Below, in pieces: positions 49,503 to 59,886 of a stretch of DNA of 64,000 bases (its first letter is position 1; every line of letters begins with the position of its first letter). A program made the position numbers and the translations under genes. Source of the DNA: Gloeomargarita sp. SKYB120 (GTDB lineage Bacteria; Cyanobacteriota; Cyanobacteriia; Gloeomargaritales; Gloeomargaritaceae); contig JANXAM010000008.1 in assembly GCA_025062155.1 (NCBI GenBank), positions 11,786 to 75,785 on the forward strand, in the 5' to 3' direction. The notes under the pieces were generated by a model. That model made no database searches and was not told the DNA's origin. It saw nothing but the letters and a program-made list of their open reading frames with translations.

Positions 49503-50024
49503 CTAACCCCGATCCGACGATTCTTGTCCCTCACCGCGACGGGCGCTCCAGCCCACAAAATCCTCCGGGCGCACCTTAGAAACAAACTCCCGGAAGGCCT
49601 CCAGTTCCGCCTCGTCCGCCTCGCGGTCTACCGGGATGGACGCACTGGCCACCACTTCCTCCATCACCCAGATCGGCACATTCGCCTTAAGGGCCAGGGC
49701 AATCGCATCGCTGGGACGGGCATCTAACTGGCGAACGTCATCGCCTTGGGCCAGAAACAGCACTGCGTGAAATACATTGTCCTGCAGGGAATGGATGATC
49801 ACCCGCTGGAGGGTCAGCCCCCACAATTTCCAACTGTTGAGCATCAGGTCATGGGTCAAGGGGCGGGGTAACTCCTCTCCCTCCAGGGCGCTGACAATCG
49901 CCCGCGCCTCCGCCTGCCCAATCCAAATCGGCAACGCTCGCCGTTCCGACGTATCCTTCAGGAGCACAATCGGGCTGCGGCTAAGAGCGTCTAGGGCAAT
50001 CCCGGCAACTTTCATCTCAATCAT
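49503..50024 (-). CDS. bifunctional nuclease family (DUF151) protein
   Basis: LPIWIG..EA..I, RPLTHDL, DARPSDAIALA. Confidence 0.9.
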   Translation of the reverse strand: MIEMKVAGIALDALSRSPIVLLKDTSERRALPIWIGQAEARAIVSALEGEELPRPLTHDLMLNSWKLWGLTLQRVIIHSLQDNVFHAVLFLAQGDDVRQLDARPSDAIALALKANVPIWVMEEVVASASIPVDREADEAELEAFREFVSKVRPEDFVGWSARRGEGQESSDRG

Positions 50025-50101
50025 GCTCGGACCTGCCGCCTCGGGGTGGTTGAACTCTATCTCTACTATACTAGGACGGAAAGGCACCAGTGGGGCACCC
50101 C

Positions 50102-50728
50102 ATGTTTACGGGTTTGGTCCAGGCCCTGGGCCAGGTGCAGCGCTACTGCAGCGACTACATCCAGATCACGACGGCGATGCACCGTTTTCCCGACCTGGCG
50201 GTGGGCGATAGTATTGCGGTGGATGGGGTGTGTCTGACGGTCACAGCGCTGGACGCCCAGGGATTTACCGCCGCCATGTCTCCGGAAACGCGCCGGCGCA
50301 GCACCTTGGGCCAACGGCGCTGGGTAAATCTCGAAGCGGCGCTGCGGGTAGGCCAAAAACTGGGAGGCCACTTCGTCACGGGCCATGTGGATGGGGTCGG
50401 CTATCTGCAACGCACGACCATGGTCGGCCAGGACTTCTGGGAAATGGACTTTACCGCCCCGCCCGAGGTTGCGCGCTACCTGGTGCCCAAGGGAAGTATC
50501 GCGGTTAATGGAGTAAGTTTGACCATCGCCGCAGTTGCAGACGCCCTGTTTCGGGTGGCGGTGATTCCCTTGACCTACCGGAGCACCAACCTGCAGTACC
50601 TGCGCCCTGGCGACCCGGTAAACCTAGAGGCGGATATTCTGGGCAAGTACGTGGAACGGTTGCTCCAGCCTCGGTCGGTCGCGCCGGACTTGACGCTGGA
50701 AGTTCTCGCGCAACACGGGTTTGTCTAG
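50102..50728 (+). CDS. ribE: riboflavin synthase (alpha chain)
   Basis: MFTG start, SIAVDGVCLT, VNLE, GGHFVTGHVDG, KGSIAVNGVSLT. Confidence 0.95.
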   Translation: MFTGLVQALGQVQRYCSDYIQITTAMHRFPDLAVGDSIAVDGVCLTVTALDAQGFTAAMSPETRRRSTLGQRRWVNLEAALRVGQKLGGHFVTGHVDGVGYLQRTTMVGQDFWEMDFTAPPEVARYLVPKGSIAVNGVSLTIAAVADALFRVAVIPLTYRSTNLQYLRPGDPVNLEADILGKYVERLLQPRSVAPDLTLEVLAQHGFV

Positions 50729-53700
50729 GCCGCTACACCTTCCAGCCGGTCTTCTAGGTCAGCGTAAATCTCCCGCAACTGGGCGATGGTGTCCGCGTCC
50801 GCTTGCCACAGCCCCCGACCGTTGGCCTCCAGCAGGCGCCCCACGATATTGCGCATGGCTTGGGGGTTGAGCTTGGTCAGGCGCTCCCGCATGGTGGGGT
50901 CCAAGGCATAGGTGCGCGCCGCCGCCGTGTAGGTCCAATCGTCTACTGCACCGCTGACGGCGTCCCACCCCAGCAGGTAGGTGAAGCGGTTGCTGATCTC
51001 GGCGGCGCCGCTGTGGCCGTGCTGCAACATCCCCTCGTACCAGTGGGGGTTGAGTAGCTTGGTGCGGTATTCCAGCCGGAGCACCTGCGGCAGGTCCTCC
51101 ACGCGCGTATCGGCGGTGAAGGTTTCGATGTAGTTTAATGGCACGTCGCCGCCGTGGTGCTTGCGGGCCGCCAGTTGGAGAGCACCCGACGAGGCAAAGT
51201 AGTGGTCGATGTCGGTGACCCCGAACTCGACCGAGTCAATGGTGTGGGCCACCCGCTCGACTGTGCGCAACAGCCGCTCTAGGGTTTGGGGCACGGGTTG
51301 GCCGTGGCGACCGCCCCCGTAGGCGTAGGCGTTGCGGCGGATAAACGTCTGGGCCAGGTCGTCGTCGGTTTGCCAGGCGGCGTCCTCCACCAGGTCATCT
51401 ACGTAGGTGCCGTACTGGCCCGGCGGCTGGGTGAATAGGCGGGCGGTGGCCTGCTCGAAGGTCAATCCATCCTGCAGGGCCGCTTCGACATGTTTTTTGA
51501 TGAAGTTCATCTCCAGGGGTTCGTCGGCACGGGCGGCTTCCTTCACCAGGCGGTCCAGGTGGTCCATCAGTTGCGCGAAGGTGTCCCGGAAGATAGGGCT
51601 GAGCTGCATCAGAACGTCAATGCGCGGGCGGCCCAGTTCCTTCAGGGGAATCAGTTGGTAGTGGCTGATTTTGCCCTGGCTGTCGTGGTGGGGTCGCGCG
51701 CCTATGAGATGTAACGCAACGGCCACCGCCTCTCCCTTGGTTTTGATGGTGTCCAGCCCCCAAATGACCTGGGCCACGGTTTCGGGGTACTGGCCGTTGT
51801 GTTCCGCCAGGTGTTTGGCCAGCAGGGCGTCGGCGATCTGTTTGCCTCGCCGGTAGGCCAGCTCGCTGGGAATCCGCCAGGGGTCAATGGCATGGATATT
51901 GCGCCCTGTGGGTAAGACCGCCAGGCCGTCCCGGATCAAATCGCCCCCTGGCGCTGGTGGGATATAGCGCCCGTTCAAGCCGCGCACCAACGCTTCCAGT
52001 TCGCTGCGGTTGTCCTGCAGGAGCTGGGCCATCCGACGGCCCATCTGGGCGGCCTCCTGCAACACCGCCCGGTCGCTTTCCGTCAGAGTTGTGCCTTGCA
52101 CGGCGAGACGCTCCAGGCTCTTGAGGGGGTCTTCTCCATGAAACACGGCGCGTTCGACCCATTCCCGACAGGCTTCGTCCACCCGCTCCCGCAGGCGCAA
52201 GGCGGTGGGGTCCCCTTGCCGCGCTCGGGCCGCCAGTTCGCGGTAAGTCGGCACGGGCGTCTCTGGCGCTACTTCCCGCAGCATCAGATTCGCCAGGCCG
52301 TGCCCGTTCCCCCGCACCTTCAGCGCTTCCGTGACGGTTACCTGCTGCGACGCCAGGGGCGGGGCTTCCCCAAACACATGGAGCGAGCTGGTGATCAGGC
52401 GCTGCTCTAGGTCGCGCAGGTAGGCGTACAGGCGGGCCACATAGTCGTCAAAGGGTTCTCCTTGCAGGCGCGGGCAATCCGTGTCCAGGTTGGCCAGGGC
52501 CACTTTTTGTGCAATGGCCTCGGCCAGGGATGGGTCCCCCTGACCGCCGTGCTCCATCTGGCGCTCCCGGTAGTCCTGCACCATCGCCTGGAGAGCCGCC
52601 AGTTCCTTGTACAACCCAGCGCGGGCCAAGGGCGGTACCCCGTGGGATACCATCACGGCATAGCCCCGGCGCTTGGCGATGTTGGCCTCGCTGGGATTGT
52701 TCATCGGGTAGAGGTACAACTGGGGCAATTCACCCAGCAGCACATCGGGCCAACACTGCTGGGTCAGCCCTAGGGGTAACCCTGGCATCCATTCCACCGA
52801 GCCGTGCATCCCCACATGCACCAGAGCGTGCGCGCCGAAACCACGGCTGAGCCAGCGGTAGAACGCCAGGTATTGGTGGTGGGGGGTGTTTTCCTTGTCA
52901 AACAGCAAGCGCATTGGGTCGCCAGTGACCCCCAACCGCGGTTGCACGCCGATGTAGATGTTTCCAAACTGGAGACCGCCAATGAAAACGGCATCCCGAC
53001 CCGCAGGGGCAATGTCGCCTGGCCAGGGTCCCCAGCGCTGCTCGACGCGCTCCCGTTCCTTGGGCGTGGTCCACTGGCAGAACTTGTCCCAGGTCACCCG
53101 CAGACCGCCTGGCTGCAGGGTGGTGGCCGCCTCCAGTTGCGCTAGCAGGGCCTCTGGCGTCTCTGGTAGAGCCCCAACGGTGTAGCCCTCCGCTTTCAGC
53201 CGCCGCAGGATGTTGAGCAGGGAGCGGGGGACATCTAGCAGGGCTGCCGTCGCTTTTTTCCCTAGTCCTGGCGGGTAGTCGTACACCACAAACGCAATCC
53301 TTTTCTCCCGATTGGGAGTGTGCCGCAGACGCGCCCAGTTTTTGACGCGAGTGACCAGCCGTTGGACCCGGTCCGGCACGACAGTGAAGTGGCCATGGTC
53401 GAGCGCCCCAATGACTACGGGGTTGATTGCGCCGTCCATCTCCGGCAGGTCGTACAGCGCCGCCGCCTGCATGGGTCCCACGCCCTGGCTGTGCCACGAG
53501 GTGACATCTTGCACGTATAGGGGTTGGGCCACCAGGTAGGGAACGTCTAGGCGCTCTAAGATGGCAATCGCCGCATCCCGATGGGTGCCAGGGCTGGTAG
53601 AACCGGCAGGACCGCCCACCAGCGCAAAGCCAATCGTGCTAACTAGCACGTCCACCGATTCCTGGGTCAGCCAGTCGCGCACTACGACATGCCCCTCCAC

Positions 53701-54525
53701 GCCAGCTACAAAGATGGGAAGCACCTGCAGGTCGGCGGCCTCCATCGCCCGGATCAGCGCGTCAATATAGCTCCGCTCCTGCAACAAGTGCTTGCGGAAA
53801 AACAGCAGGGCGACGGTATAGGTCTCTCGCCCATGGGAGTGGGTGCGTTTGGCTTGCCATTGGCGGTAACTTTTGAGGTCTTTGAAAAAGTGAGGCGCAT
53901 CCGGGTGGTACAGCCCCATCAGGGGAACCTCCACCACCGGCTGCACCTCCACCGGCACGCCGAAGTACTCCCGCAGCAGGAAGCGGAACAGGTTGGTGAT
54001 GTTGACCGGCAGGGGCTGGTTCCAGTAGAGGTTGACCTGCATCCAGTTCTTGAAATCCCGCAGCTTGGCCGGCAGGAAGCGCAGCAAGGTGGGCATGAGC
54101 TTCAAAAGCTGGGTGTAGCCGTAGAGAGTGTCTTCATCGCGACCTCGCACTAACAAGCGCACGACTTGCTTGATGGGCTCCGGCATCCCACCCTTTTGCC
54201 CCGACCGTTGCGCGACCACGTAATCCCCCAAGCGGTTGAGGGCCATCACCTCCGGCATGGATTCAAACGCCAGCACCACCTGAGCACGGGATTGGGCCAC
54301 CTGCTCCCGCAGCCAGTCCGCCTGCTCTTTGAAGTTGATCATGGTGATGAACAGCGCATCGGCTTTCCGGATGGCCTCGGCCACGGCAGGGTCGCGGCGT
54401 TCCAACTCCCATTCGGTAAATTGCTGCAAATCGGCAACGGGCGCCAAGTCGGCTTTCACTTGGTCCCACACCGACCGGTTAAAGTGTTCTAGACCGACGA
54501 TGGCAACAAGCTGGGGCTTGGACAT
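50725..54525 (-). CDS. bchH: magnesium chelatase subunit H (BchH/BchS/BchT-like)
   Basis: 1266 aa; HVGMHGSVEWMPG, NNPSEANIAKRR, LPTGRNIHAIDP, DSVEFGVTDIDHY, RTKLLNPHWYEGML are Mg-chelatase-H type rather than CobN type. Confidence 0.85.
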   Translation of the reverse strand: MSKPQLVAIVGLEHFNRSVWDQVKADLAPVADLQQFTEWELERRDPAVAEAIRKADALFITMINFKEQADWLREQVAQSRAQVVLAFESMPEVMALNRLGDYVVAQRSGQKGGMPEPIKQVVRLLVRGRDEDTLYGYTQLLKLMPTLLRFLPAKLRDFKNWMQVNLYWNQPLPVNITNLFRFLLREYFGVPVEVQPVVEVPLMGLYHPDAPHFFKDLKSYRQWQAKRTHSHGRETYTVALLFFRKHLLQERSYIDALIRAMEAADLQVLPIFVAGVEGHVVVRDWLTQESVDVLVSTIGFALVGGPAGSTSPGTHRDAAIAILERLDVPYLVAQPLYVQDVTSWHSQGVGPMQAAALYDLPEMDGAINPVVIGALDHGHFTVVPDRVQRLVTRVKNWARLRHTPNREKRIAFVVYDYPPGLGKKATAALLDVPRSLLNILRRLKAEGYTVGALPETPEALLAQLEAATTLQPGGLRVTWDKFCQWTTPKERERVEQRWGPWPGDIAPAGRDAVFIGGLQFGNIYIGVQPRLGVTGDPMRLLFDKENTPHHQYLAFYRWLSRGFGAHALVHVGMHGSVEWMPGLPLGLTQQCWPDVLLGELPQLYLYPMNNPSEANIAKRRGYAVMVSHGVPPLARAGLYKELAALQAMVQDYRERQMEHGGQGDPSLAEAIAQKVALANLDTDCPRLQGEPFDDYVARLYAYLRDLEQRLITSSLHVFGEAPPLASQQVTVTEALKVRGNGHGLANLMLREVAPETPVPTYRELAARARQGDPTALRLRERVDEACREWVERAVFHGEDPLKSLERLAVQGTTLTESDRAVLQEAAQMGRRMAQLLQDNRSELEALVRGLNGRYIPPAPGGDLIRDGLAVLPTGRNIHAIDPWRIPSELAYRRGKQIADALLAKHLAEHNGQYPETVAQVIWGLDTIKTKGEAVAVALHLIGARPHHDSQGKISHYQLIPLKELGRPRIDVLMQLSPIFRDTFAQLMDHLDRLVKEAARADEPLEMNFIKKHVEAALQDGLTFEQATARLFTQPPGQYGTYVDDLVEDAAWQTDDDLAQTFIRRNAYAYGGGRHGQPVPQTLERLLRTVERVAHTIDSVEFGVTDIDHYFASSGALQLAARKHHGGDVPLNYIETFTADTRVEDLPQVLRLEYRTKLLNPHWYEGMLQHGHSGAAEISNRFTYLLGWDAVSGAVDDWTYTAAARTYALDPTMRERLTKLNPQAMRNIVGRLLEANGRGLWQADADTIAQLREIYADLEDRLEGVAA

Positions 54526-54544
54526 GGCTGATTCCTCCGCGTCT

Positions 54545-56347
54545 TTAGGACGGAACGTTCGTCGCCGTCAGCGTCTGGGCAATCTGCTCGGCGCGGGCGT
54601 TGGGCAAGTACACGTAGCGTCCTCCCAACCACTGGGCCAGTTGGGCGGCTTCGCTGCGGGAAAGGTAGTTCACCTGGGTGTCCAGCACGATGGCCTGCAC
54701 CCCATCGGCTTGGAGCTGCTGGGCAAGGCGTTGGACTTCTGCTTGCAGGCGCTGGCGGTCTCCCGCTGGTGCCTGGAGTCCGACGTTGGCCCGGCCATCG
54801 GTCATCAGCACCAGGGTAATGTTGGCGATGCCCCGCTGGCGCGCCTGGTGGGCCAATTGCCAGGCCGTGAGCAACGCCGCAGCCAGGGGCGTCCCACCTC
54901 CTGTAGGCAAAACATCCAGTTCCCGGCGGGCGCGTTCGACGCTCTGGGACGGGGGCAGCAACACCTGGGCGCTTTGCCCCCGAAAGGCCAGCAACGCCAC
55001 CTGGTCCCGATGGACGTAGGCGTTCTGCAGCAGGTGGATGGCGGCCCCCTTGGCCTCGCGCATCCGGTTGATGGCCATGGAACCGCTGGCGTCTACTGCA
55101 AAGATGTACAGGGTGCCGGCCTTGTCCCGGTATCGTTTCACCCGCAGGTCGTCGCGCCGCACGCAAATACGGGTGTGCCCCTGGGACTGGCGCAGGCGTT
55201 GCCAGGGAGCCGCCGCCATCAAGGTCGGCAATAGGGCAATCCGGCCAGTGTCGCCGCTGACAGCCCGCACAAACCGTCCGCGACGGGCATTGAGGGTTTG
55301 CCCCCGACTCCCACGGCGTCCTCGGCGCTGGGCCGCAAAGGGCAGATCCAGCAGGTTGGGCGGCAAAGCGGTTTGCACCGCCTCCAGCAGCAGCTCCTGC
55401 AACGGGCGTTCGCTAGTCGCCGGTGCGTCGTCAGGTTCGGCCTGGTGCGAGTCACTAGCCTGGCTAGGACGAGGCGCGGTCGGCGGCGTCGGCGCAGGGG
55501 TGTCCTCCGTTGGAACCTGGGTTGCCCGCGGCAGGAGCACTAACCGCACAGCTAACTGGAGGTCAGTCTCCTCCACTGTCTCCCGTCCCGCTAGGGCGGC
55601 GCTGGTCAACGCCGCTTGGACGGCGAAGAGGTCGGCGCGGTTGCCTTCCACACCTAGGGCTAGGGCAGTTTGCAGGAGCGCCCTCGTCTGGTCGTCGCTG
55701 ATCTGCACCTGGGGGAGCCGTTCCCGCGCCGCCTGGAGCATCCCCCGCAACAGGGTCGTTTCCTCCACCGCGCCACAGGGGTGAAAGTGACGCCGCACCA
55801 CCTCGGCCCGCAGCCGCGCATCGCCCTGGTTCAGGAGGGGTGCCAGCAAGCCCAACCGGTCCAGTAGCGTCACCGGCAGGTCCCCCTCAGCGGGGTCGTA
55901 GGTGGCAATCAAAACAAAACGCGCTGGCTGCACCGTACTGAGTCCTTCTCGCTCTACCCGCACAACACCGCTGCTCAGCACTTCGGCTAAGGTAGCTGTG
56001 AGGGAGGGTTCCAGGCGATTGGCGTTGTCCAGGTACAGTACGCCCCCGTGGGCCTGGGCCAGCACCCCAGCGGCCAGAACTGGCACTCCCTTGATCAAGG
56101 TCGCCTCCAGGTCTAGACCCCCAATCAGGCGGTCTTCGGTGATGTTGAGGGGCAATTCCACAAAGGGGGTGCCTTCGGGAAGCAAAGCAGCCAGCGCCCG
56201 CACCAGGGTCGATTTGCCACTTCCGGCTTTGGCTGCAATCGCCGCACCCGCTAGCAGGGGGTTGACCGCTAACAGCAGGAGCGCCTGTCGTGCAGTTTCC
56301 AGGCCGACGATACGGGTAAAGGGCACTTCCGCAGGAACTGTTGCCAT
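54545..56347 (-). CDS. bchD: magnesium chelatase subunit D
   Basis: AAA+ N-terminus (GSGKS, FVELPLNITEDRL, VEREG), Pro/acidic linker, vWA with MIDAS VDASGS. Confidence 0.9.
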   Translation of the reverse strand: MATVPAEVPFTRIVGLETARQALLLLAVNPLLAGAAIAAKAGSGKSTLVRALAALLPEGTPFVELPLNITEDRLIGGLDLEATLIKGVPVLAAGVLAQAHGGVLYLDNANRLEPSLTATLAEVLSSGVVRVEREGLSTVQPARFVLIATYDPAEGDLPVTLLDRLGLLAPLLNQGDARLRAEVVRRHFHPCGAVEETTLLRGMLQAARERLPQVQISDDQTRALLQTALALGVEGNRADLFAVQAALTSAALAGRETVEETDLQLAVRLVLLPRATQVPTEDTPAPTPPTAPRPSQASDSHQAEPDDAPATSERPLQELLLEAVQTALPPNLLDLPFAAQRRGRRGSRGQTLNARRGRFVRAVSGDTGRIALLPTLMAAAPWQRLRQSQGHTRICVRRDDLRVKRYRDKAGTLYIFAVDASGSMAINRMREAKGAAIHLLQNAYVHRDQVALLAFRGQSAQVLLPPSQSVERARRELDVLPTGGGTPLAAALLTAWQLAHQARQRGIANITLVLMTDGRANVGLQAPAGDRQRLQAEVQRLAQQLQADGVQAIVLDTQVNYLSRSEAAQLAQWLGGRYVYLPNARAEQIAQTLTATNVPS

Positions 56348-56351
56348 TGCA

Positions 56352-57443
56352 TCAAGTTGGGGCTAACGCCGAGACCATAGCCGGTGGCCGGTGGTGGTGC
56401 CGCGCCAGCAGGTCGGTCAGCGCTTGGCTGACCTTGTCGCCCGCATCCATAGTTTCCAAGGGGTCACGGCGCAAACGGTGGCGCAGGGCGGGTACGGCCA
56501 CACGGCACACATCATCAATCGTGGCCTGGGGACGGGCTTCTAGCGCCGCCAAGGCACAGGCGGCTCGCGCCAAGGTCAACTCCCCGCGGTGACCGTCCAC
56601 GTTGAGCACCATGCACAATTCGGCGGCAAAGCGCAGAACCGCCTCCGGCAGTGTCACCTGGGGAAGACGTTTTTGGGCCGCCAGAATCTGCCGTTGCAGG
56701 GCGCGCTGTTGCGGTTGCCACTGGGCGACAAACGCCACCGGGTCAGCGTCGTAAGCGCGCCGGCGGCGGACAATCTCCAGCCGTTGTTCCAGGTCAGTGA
56801 TGGTGACGATGCGGGCGTGGAGTCCAAAGCGGTCCAGCAGTTGTGGGCGCAACTCCCCCTCTTCCGGGTTGCCCGACCCCACCAGTACAAACCGGGCCGG
56901 GTGCCGCACACTGATTCCCTCGCGTTCCACCACGTTCCACCCGCTGGCGGCCACATCCAGCAGCAGGTCCACCAAGTGGTCCTCCAGCAAATTCACCTCG
57001 TCAATGTAGAGGAACCCCCGATTGGCCTGGGCGAGCAGTCCCGGCTGAAACCGTTTAATCCCCAACGTCAGGGCTGCTTCGATGTCAATGGTGCCGCACA
57101 CCCGGTCCTCCGTCGCCCCCAAGGGCAAGTCCACCACTGGCACCGGGATGCGTTCCGTCCGTTGCGGGCGCTCTGCAATGCCGACTGCCGCCAACAGCGG
57201 GTCCTCCGCCGGTACTTCCTTGGGCGCGCGGTTGAAGGGGTCACCTGCTAGCCGAGTAATTTTGGGAAGCACTGCCGCAAGCGCCCGTACCGCTGTACTT
57301 TTGCCGGTCCCGCGATGCCCCATGACCATCACGCCGCCAATGCGCGGGTCCACGACGTTGAGCAACAGGCACAGTTTCATTTCCTCTTGCCCGACAATGG
57401 CGGTGAAGGGATAAAGCGGCGGGGTTCGCATGCGGTTACCCAT
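56352..57443 (-). CDS. bchI: magnesium chelatase subunit I
   Basis: YPFTAIVGQEEMK, GHRGTGKS, LPLGATEDRVCG, DEVNLL, GSGNPEEGELRPQLLDRFG; alternative start 57431. Confidence 0.93.
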   Translation of the reverse strand: MGNRMRTPPLYPFTAIVGQEEMKLCLLLNVVDPRIGGVMVMGHRGTGKSTAVRALAAVLPKITRLAGDPFNRAPKEVPAEDPLLAAVGIAERPQRTERIPVPVVDLPLGATEDRVCGTIDIEAALTLGIKRFQPGLLAQANRGFLYIDEVNLLEDHLVDLLLDVAASGWNVVEREGISVRHPARFVLVGSGNPEEGELRPQLLDRFGLHARIVTITDLEQRLEIVRRRRAYDADPVAFVAQWQPQQRALQRQILAAQKRLPQVTLPEAVLRFAAELCMVLNVDGHRGELTLARAACALAALEARPQATIDDVCRVAVPALRHRLRRDPLETMDAGDKVSQALTDLLARHHHRPPAMVSALAPT

Positions 57444-57668
57444 AAACCCCCTTCAGGACTTGCTTTCTGAAAATGCTTCAACCGGCTCAGCCCCGGCTGT
57501 GTTTTGGCTTTGGGGCTATTTCTATACTAAGGTGGGGCTATGCCAGTTACCCGGGTCATTGCCGTCACTGTTGCCAAAACGTAACAGTCCATTCATGGTT
57601 GGGGCAATGGGAGTTGCTTGCCAACGGGTCAAAGTTGGTAGATTAGGGGTGCCGGCTAAAGGGTTGTT

Positions 57669-59819
57669 ATGGATGACGTGGTGTCCTTACCCTTGACCCA
57701 TCCCAGCCACTTTCTCAACCGGGAAAAAAGCTGGTTGCGCTTCAACGACCGGGTGTTGCACGAGGCATTAGATAACCGCACGCCCCTGTTGGAGCAGGTG
57801 AAATTTTTAGCCATCTTCAGCACTAACTTAGACGAATACTTCATGGTGCGAATTGATGCCCTGCGCGACCAGATTGAGGCCAACGTCACCACGCCGACGC
57901 CCGATGGTTTAACCCCCCAGGAGCAGTTGGATTTAATCAGTGAGCATTTGGCGCCGGTGGTTGCGCAACAGCATGAGTATTTTGCCAAACACTTGCGTCC
58001 CCGTTTGGCGGAGGCGGGGGTCGTGATTGCGGATTACCCCGACTTGACGCCAGAGCAAAAAGCCTACCTGCACCACGACTTCATGCGGCGGGTCTTTCCC
58101 ATCCTGACGCCCCTGGCGGTGGACCCCGGCCATCCTTTTCCCTACATGTCCAACCTGAGTCTGAACCTGGCGGTGCTGCTGCGGGACAGCCAAACCGGTC
58201 AGCAGCATTTTGCGCGGGTGAAAGTCCCCACCAAGGCGGCGTCGAATCCGGGGGGCAGGGCTCTCAAGCGGTTTGTCACTCTGCCGGAACCCCTGCGACC
58301 GGCGGGGGTGCGCTGGTTAGGCGTGCCGTTGGAGCAAATCATCGGTCACCATCTCGAGAGCCTGTTTCCGGGGATGGAGATTGTGGGCTGGTACCCCTTT
58401 CGGGTGACGCGGGATGCGGACCTGGAAATCCGGGAGGACGAGGCGGGCGACCTGCTGGCGGAGGTGGAAAAGGAGGTCCGCCGTCGCCGTTACGGTCGCG
58501 ATGCCACGCGTCTGGAAATTGCCCAGGACGCGCCGCCTTTGGTGCGGGAGATTCTCACCCAAGGGCTGCACATCAGCGACCCCTGGATTTACAACATCAA
58601 CACGCTCATCAACCTAGGGGATTTGATGGAACTGGCGTTTTTGCCCTTCCCCGATCTGCGCGACCCGGATTGGACGCCCGTGTTGCCAGCCATTTTTGAG
58701 GAAAAAGCCTACAGCGATGCCCTGAACGGGATTGACTGGTTCAACTTGATCCAGCAGGGGGATGTGCTGGTGCATCACCCTTACCATTCCTTTGCCGGGA
58801 CGGTAGAGCGGTTTATCGAGCAGGCGGCCAACGACCCGGACGTATTGGGGATCAAAATGACGCTGTATCGCACCTCCGGGGACTCCCCCATTGTCCAGTC
58901 GCTGATCACGGCGGCGGAAAACGGGATTCAGGTGGCGGTGCTGGTGGAACTCAAGGCGCGCTTTGACGAGGAAAACAACATCCAGTGGGCCAAACGGCTC
59001 GAGCAGGCTGGGGTGCATGTGGTGTATGGACTCATCGGCCTGAAAACCCACTGCAAGGTGGCGCTGGTCGTGCGTCGGGAAGGAGATGACATTCGCCGCT
59101 ACATCCACCTGGGCACCGGCAACTACAACTCGAAAACGGCGCGGATTTACACCGATTTGGGGATGTTGACCTGTCGCGAGGACGTGGCTGCCGATGTCTC
59201 GGAGTTGTTCAACTTTCTCACGGGCTATTCGCGGCAGCGGCAATACCGGCGGCTGCTGGTGGCTCCTGTCAGCATGCGCGAGGAAATGGTGCGGCTGATT
59301 CGCTACGAAGCCGAGCAGGCCCGTCACGGCAAACCCGCCCACATTTTTGCCAAGATGAATGCCTTAGCAGACACCGACATCATTCTGGAACTCTACCAGG
59401 CATCCCAGGCGGGCGTGGACATTCGTTTGCTCGTGCGGGGGATGTGTACCCTGCGACCGGGCGTGCCGGGGTTAAGCGAGCGGATCCGGGTCGTGAGCAT
59501 CATCGGGCGATTTTTGGAGCATTCGCGGGTGTTCTGGTTTCACCACGGCGGCGAAGACCTGATGTACATTGGCAGTGCGGACTGGCGGACGCGCAACCTG
59601 GACCGACGGGTAGAAACCCTGGCGCCGGTGCTAGACGCTGGTCTCAAGCGGGAATTGCAGGAGATCATGGAACTGATGTGGAACGACAACCGCCAGGCCT
59701 GGGATTTGCAGCCCGATGGCACCTATATCCAGCGGATGCCAGGTCCAGGCGAACCGGAGCGAGGTTCCCATGCCCTGTTGATGCAGCGGGCCCTCGCGGA
59801 AGCCAATGCCCTGGTTTAG
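57669..59819 (+). CDS. ppk1: polyphosphate kinase 1
   Basis: NREKSWLRFNDRVL, NLDEYFMVR, HHPYHSF, ARFDEENN, KTHCK, HLGTGNYN, RFLEHSR. Confidence 0.96.
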   Translation: MDDVVSLPLTHPSHFLNREKSWLRFNDRVLHEALDNRTPLLEQVKFLAIFSTNLDEYFMVRIDALRDQIEANVTTPTPDGLTPQEQLDLISEHLAPVVAQQHEYFAKHLRPRLAEAGVVIADYPDLTPEQKAYLHHDFMRRVFPILTPLAVDPGHPFPYMSNLSLNLAVLLRDSQTGQQHFARVKVPTKAASNPGGRALKRFVTLPEPLRPAGVRWLGVPLEQIIGHHLESLFPGMEIVGWYPFRVTRDADLEIREDEAGDLLAEVEKEVRRRRYGRDATRLEIAQDAPPLVREILTQGLHISDPWIYNINTLINLGDLMELAFLPFPDLRDPDWTPVLPAIFEEKAYSDALNGIDWFNLIQQGDVLVHHPYHSFAGTVERFIEQAANDPDVLGIKMTLYRTSGDSPIVQSLITAAENGIQVAVLVELKARFDEENNIQWAKRLEQAGVHVVYGLIGLKTHCKVALVVRREGDDIRRYIHLGTGNYNSKTARIYTDLGMLTCREDVAADVSELFNFLTGYSRQRQYRRLLVAPVSMREEMVRLIRYEAEQARHGKPAHIFAKMNALADTDIILELYQASQAGVDIRLLVRGMCTLRPGVPGLSERIRVVSIIGRFLEHSRVFWFHHGGEDLMYIGSADWRTRNLDRRVETLAPVLDAGLKRELQEIMELMWNDNRQAWDLQPDGTYIQRMPGPGEPERGSHALLMQRALAEANALV

Positions 59820-59886
59820 TGGCAGGGATAACGCTTTTACAGCTTGGAAAGCCAAGGACGAAGCCGGGCTCTGCAGCCTGAAGCGA

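Noticed and set aside
50725-54525. CobN cobaltochelatase
   Set aside because: NIHAIDP, DSVE..TD..HY and TKLLNP.WYEGM are Mg-chelatase-H motifs; the CobN-type NFYSVD and DNREHD motifs are absent
57444-57668. ChlR, FNR or NtcA boxes upstream of bchI
   Set aside because: Only half-site or multi-mismatch matches (e.g. TTGCCAAAACGTAA)
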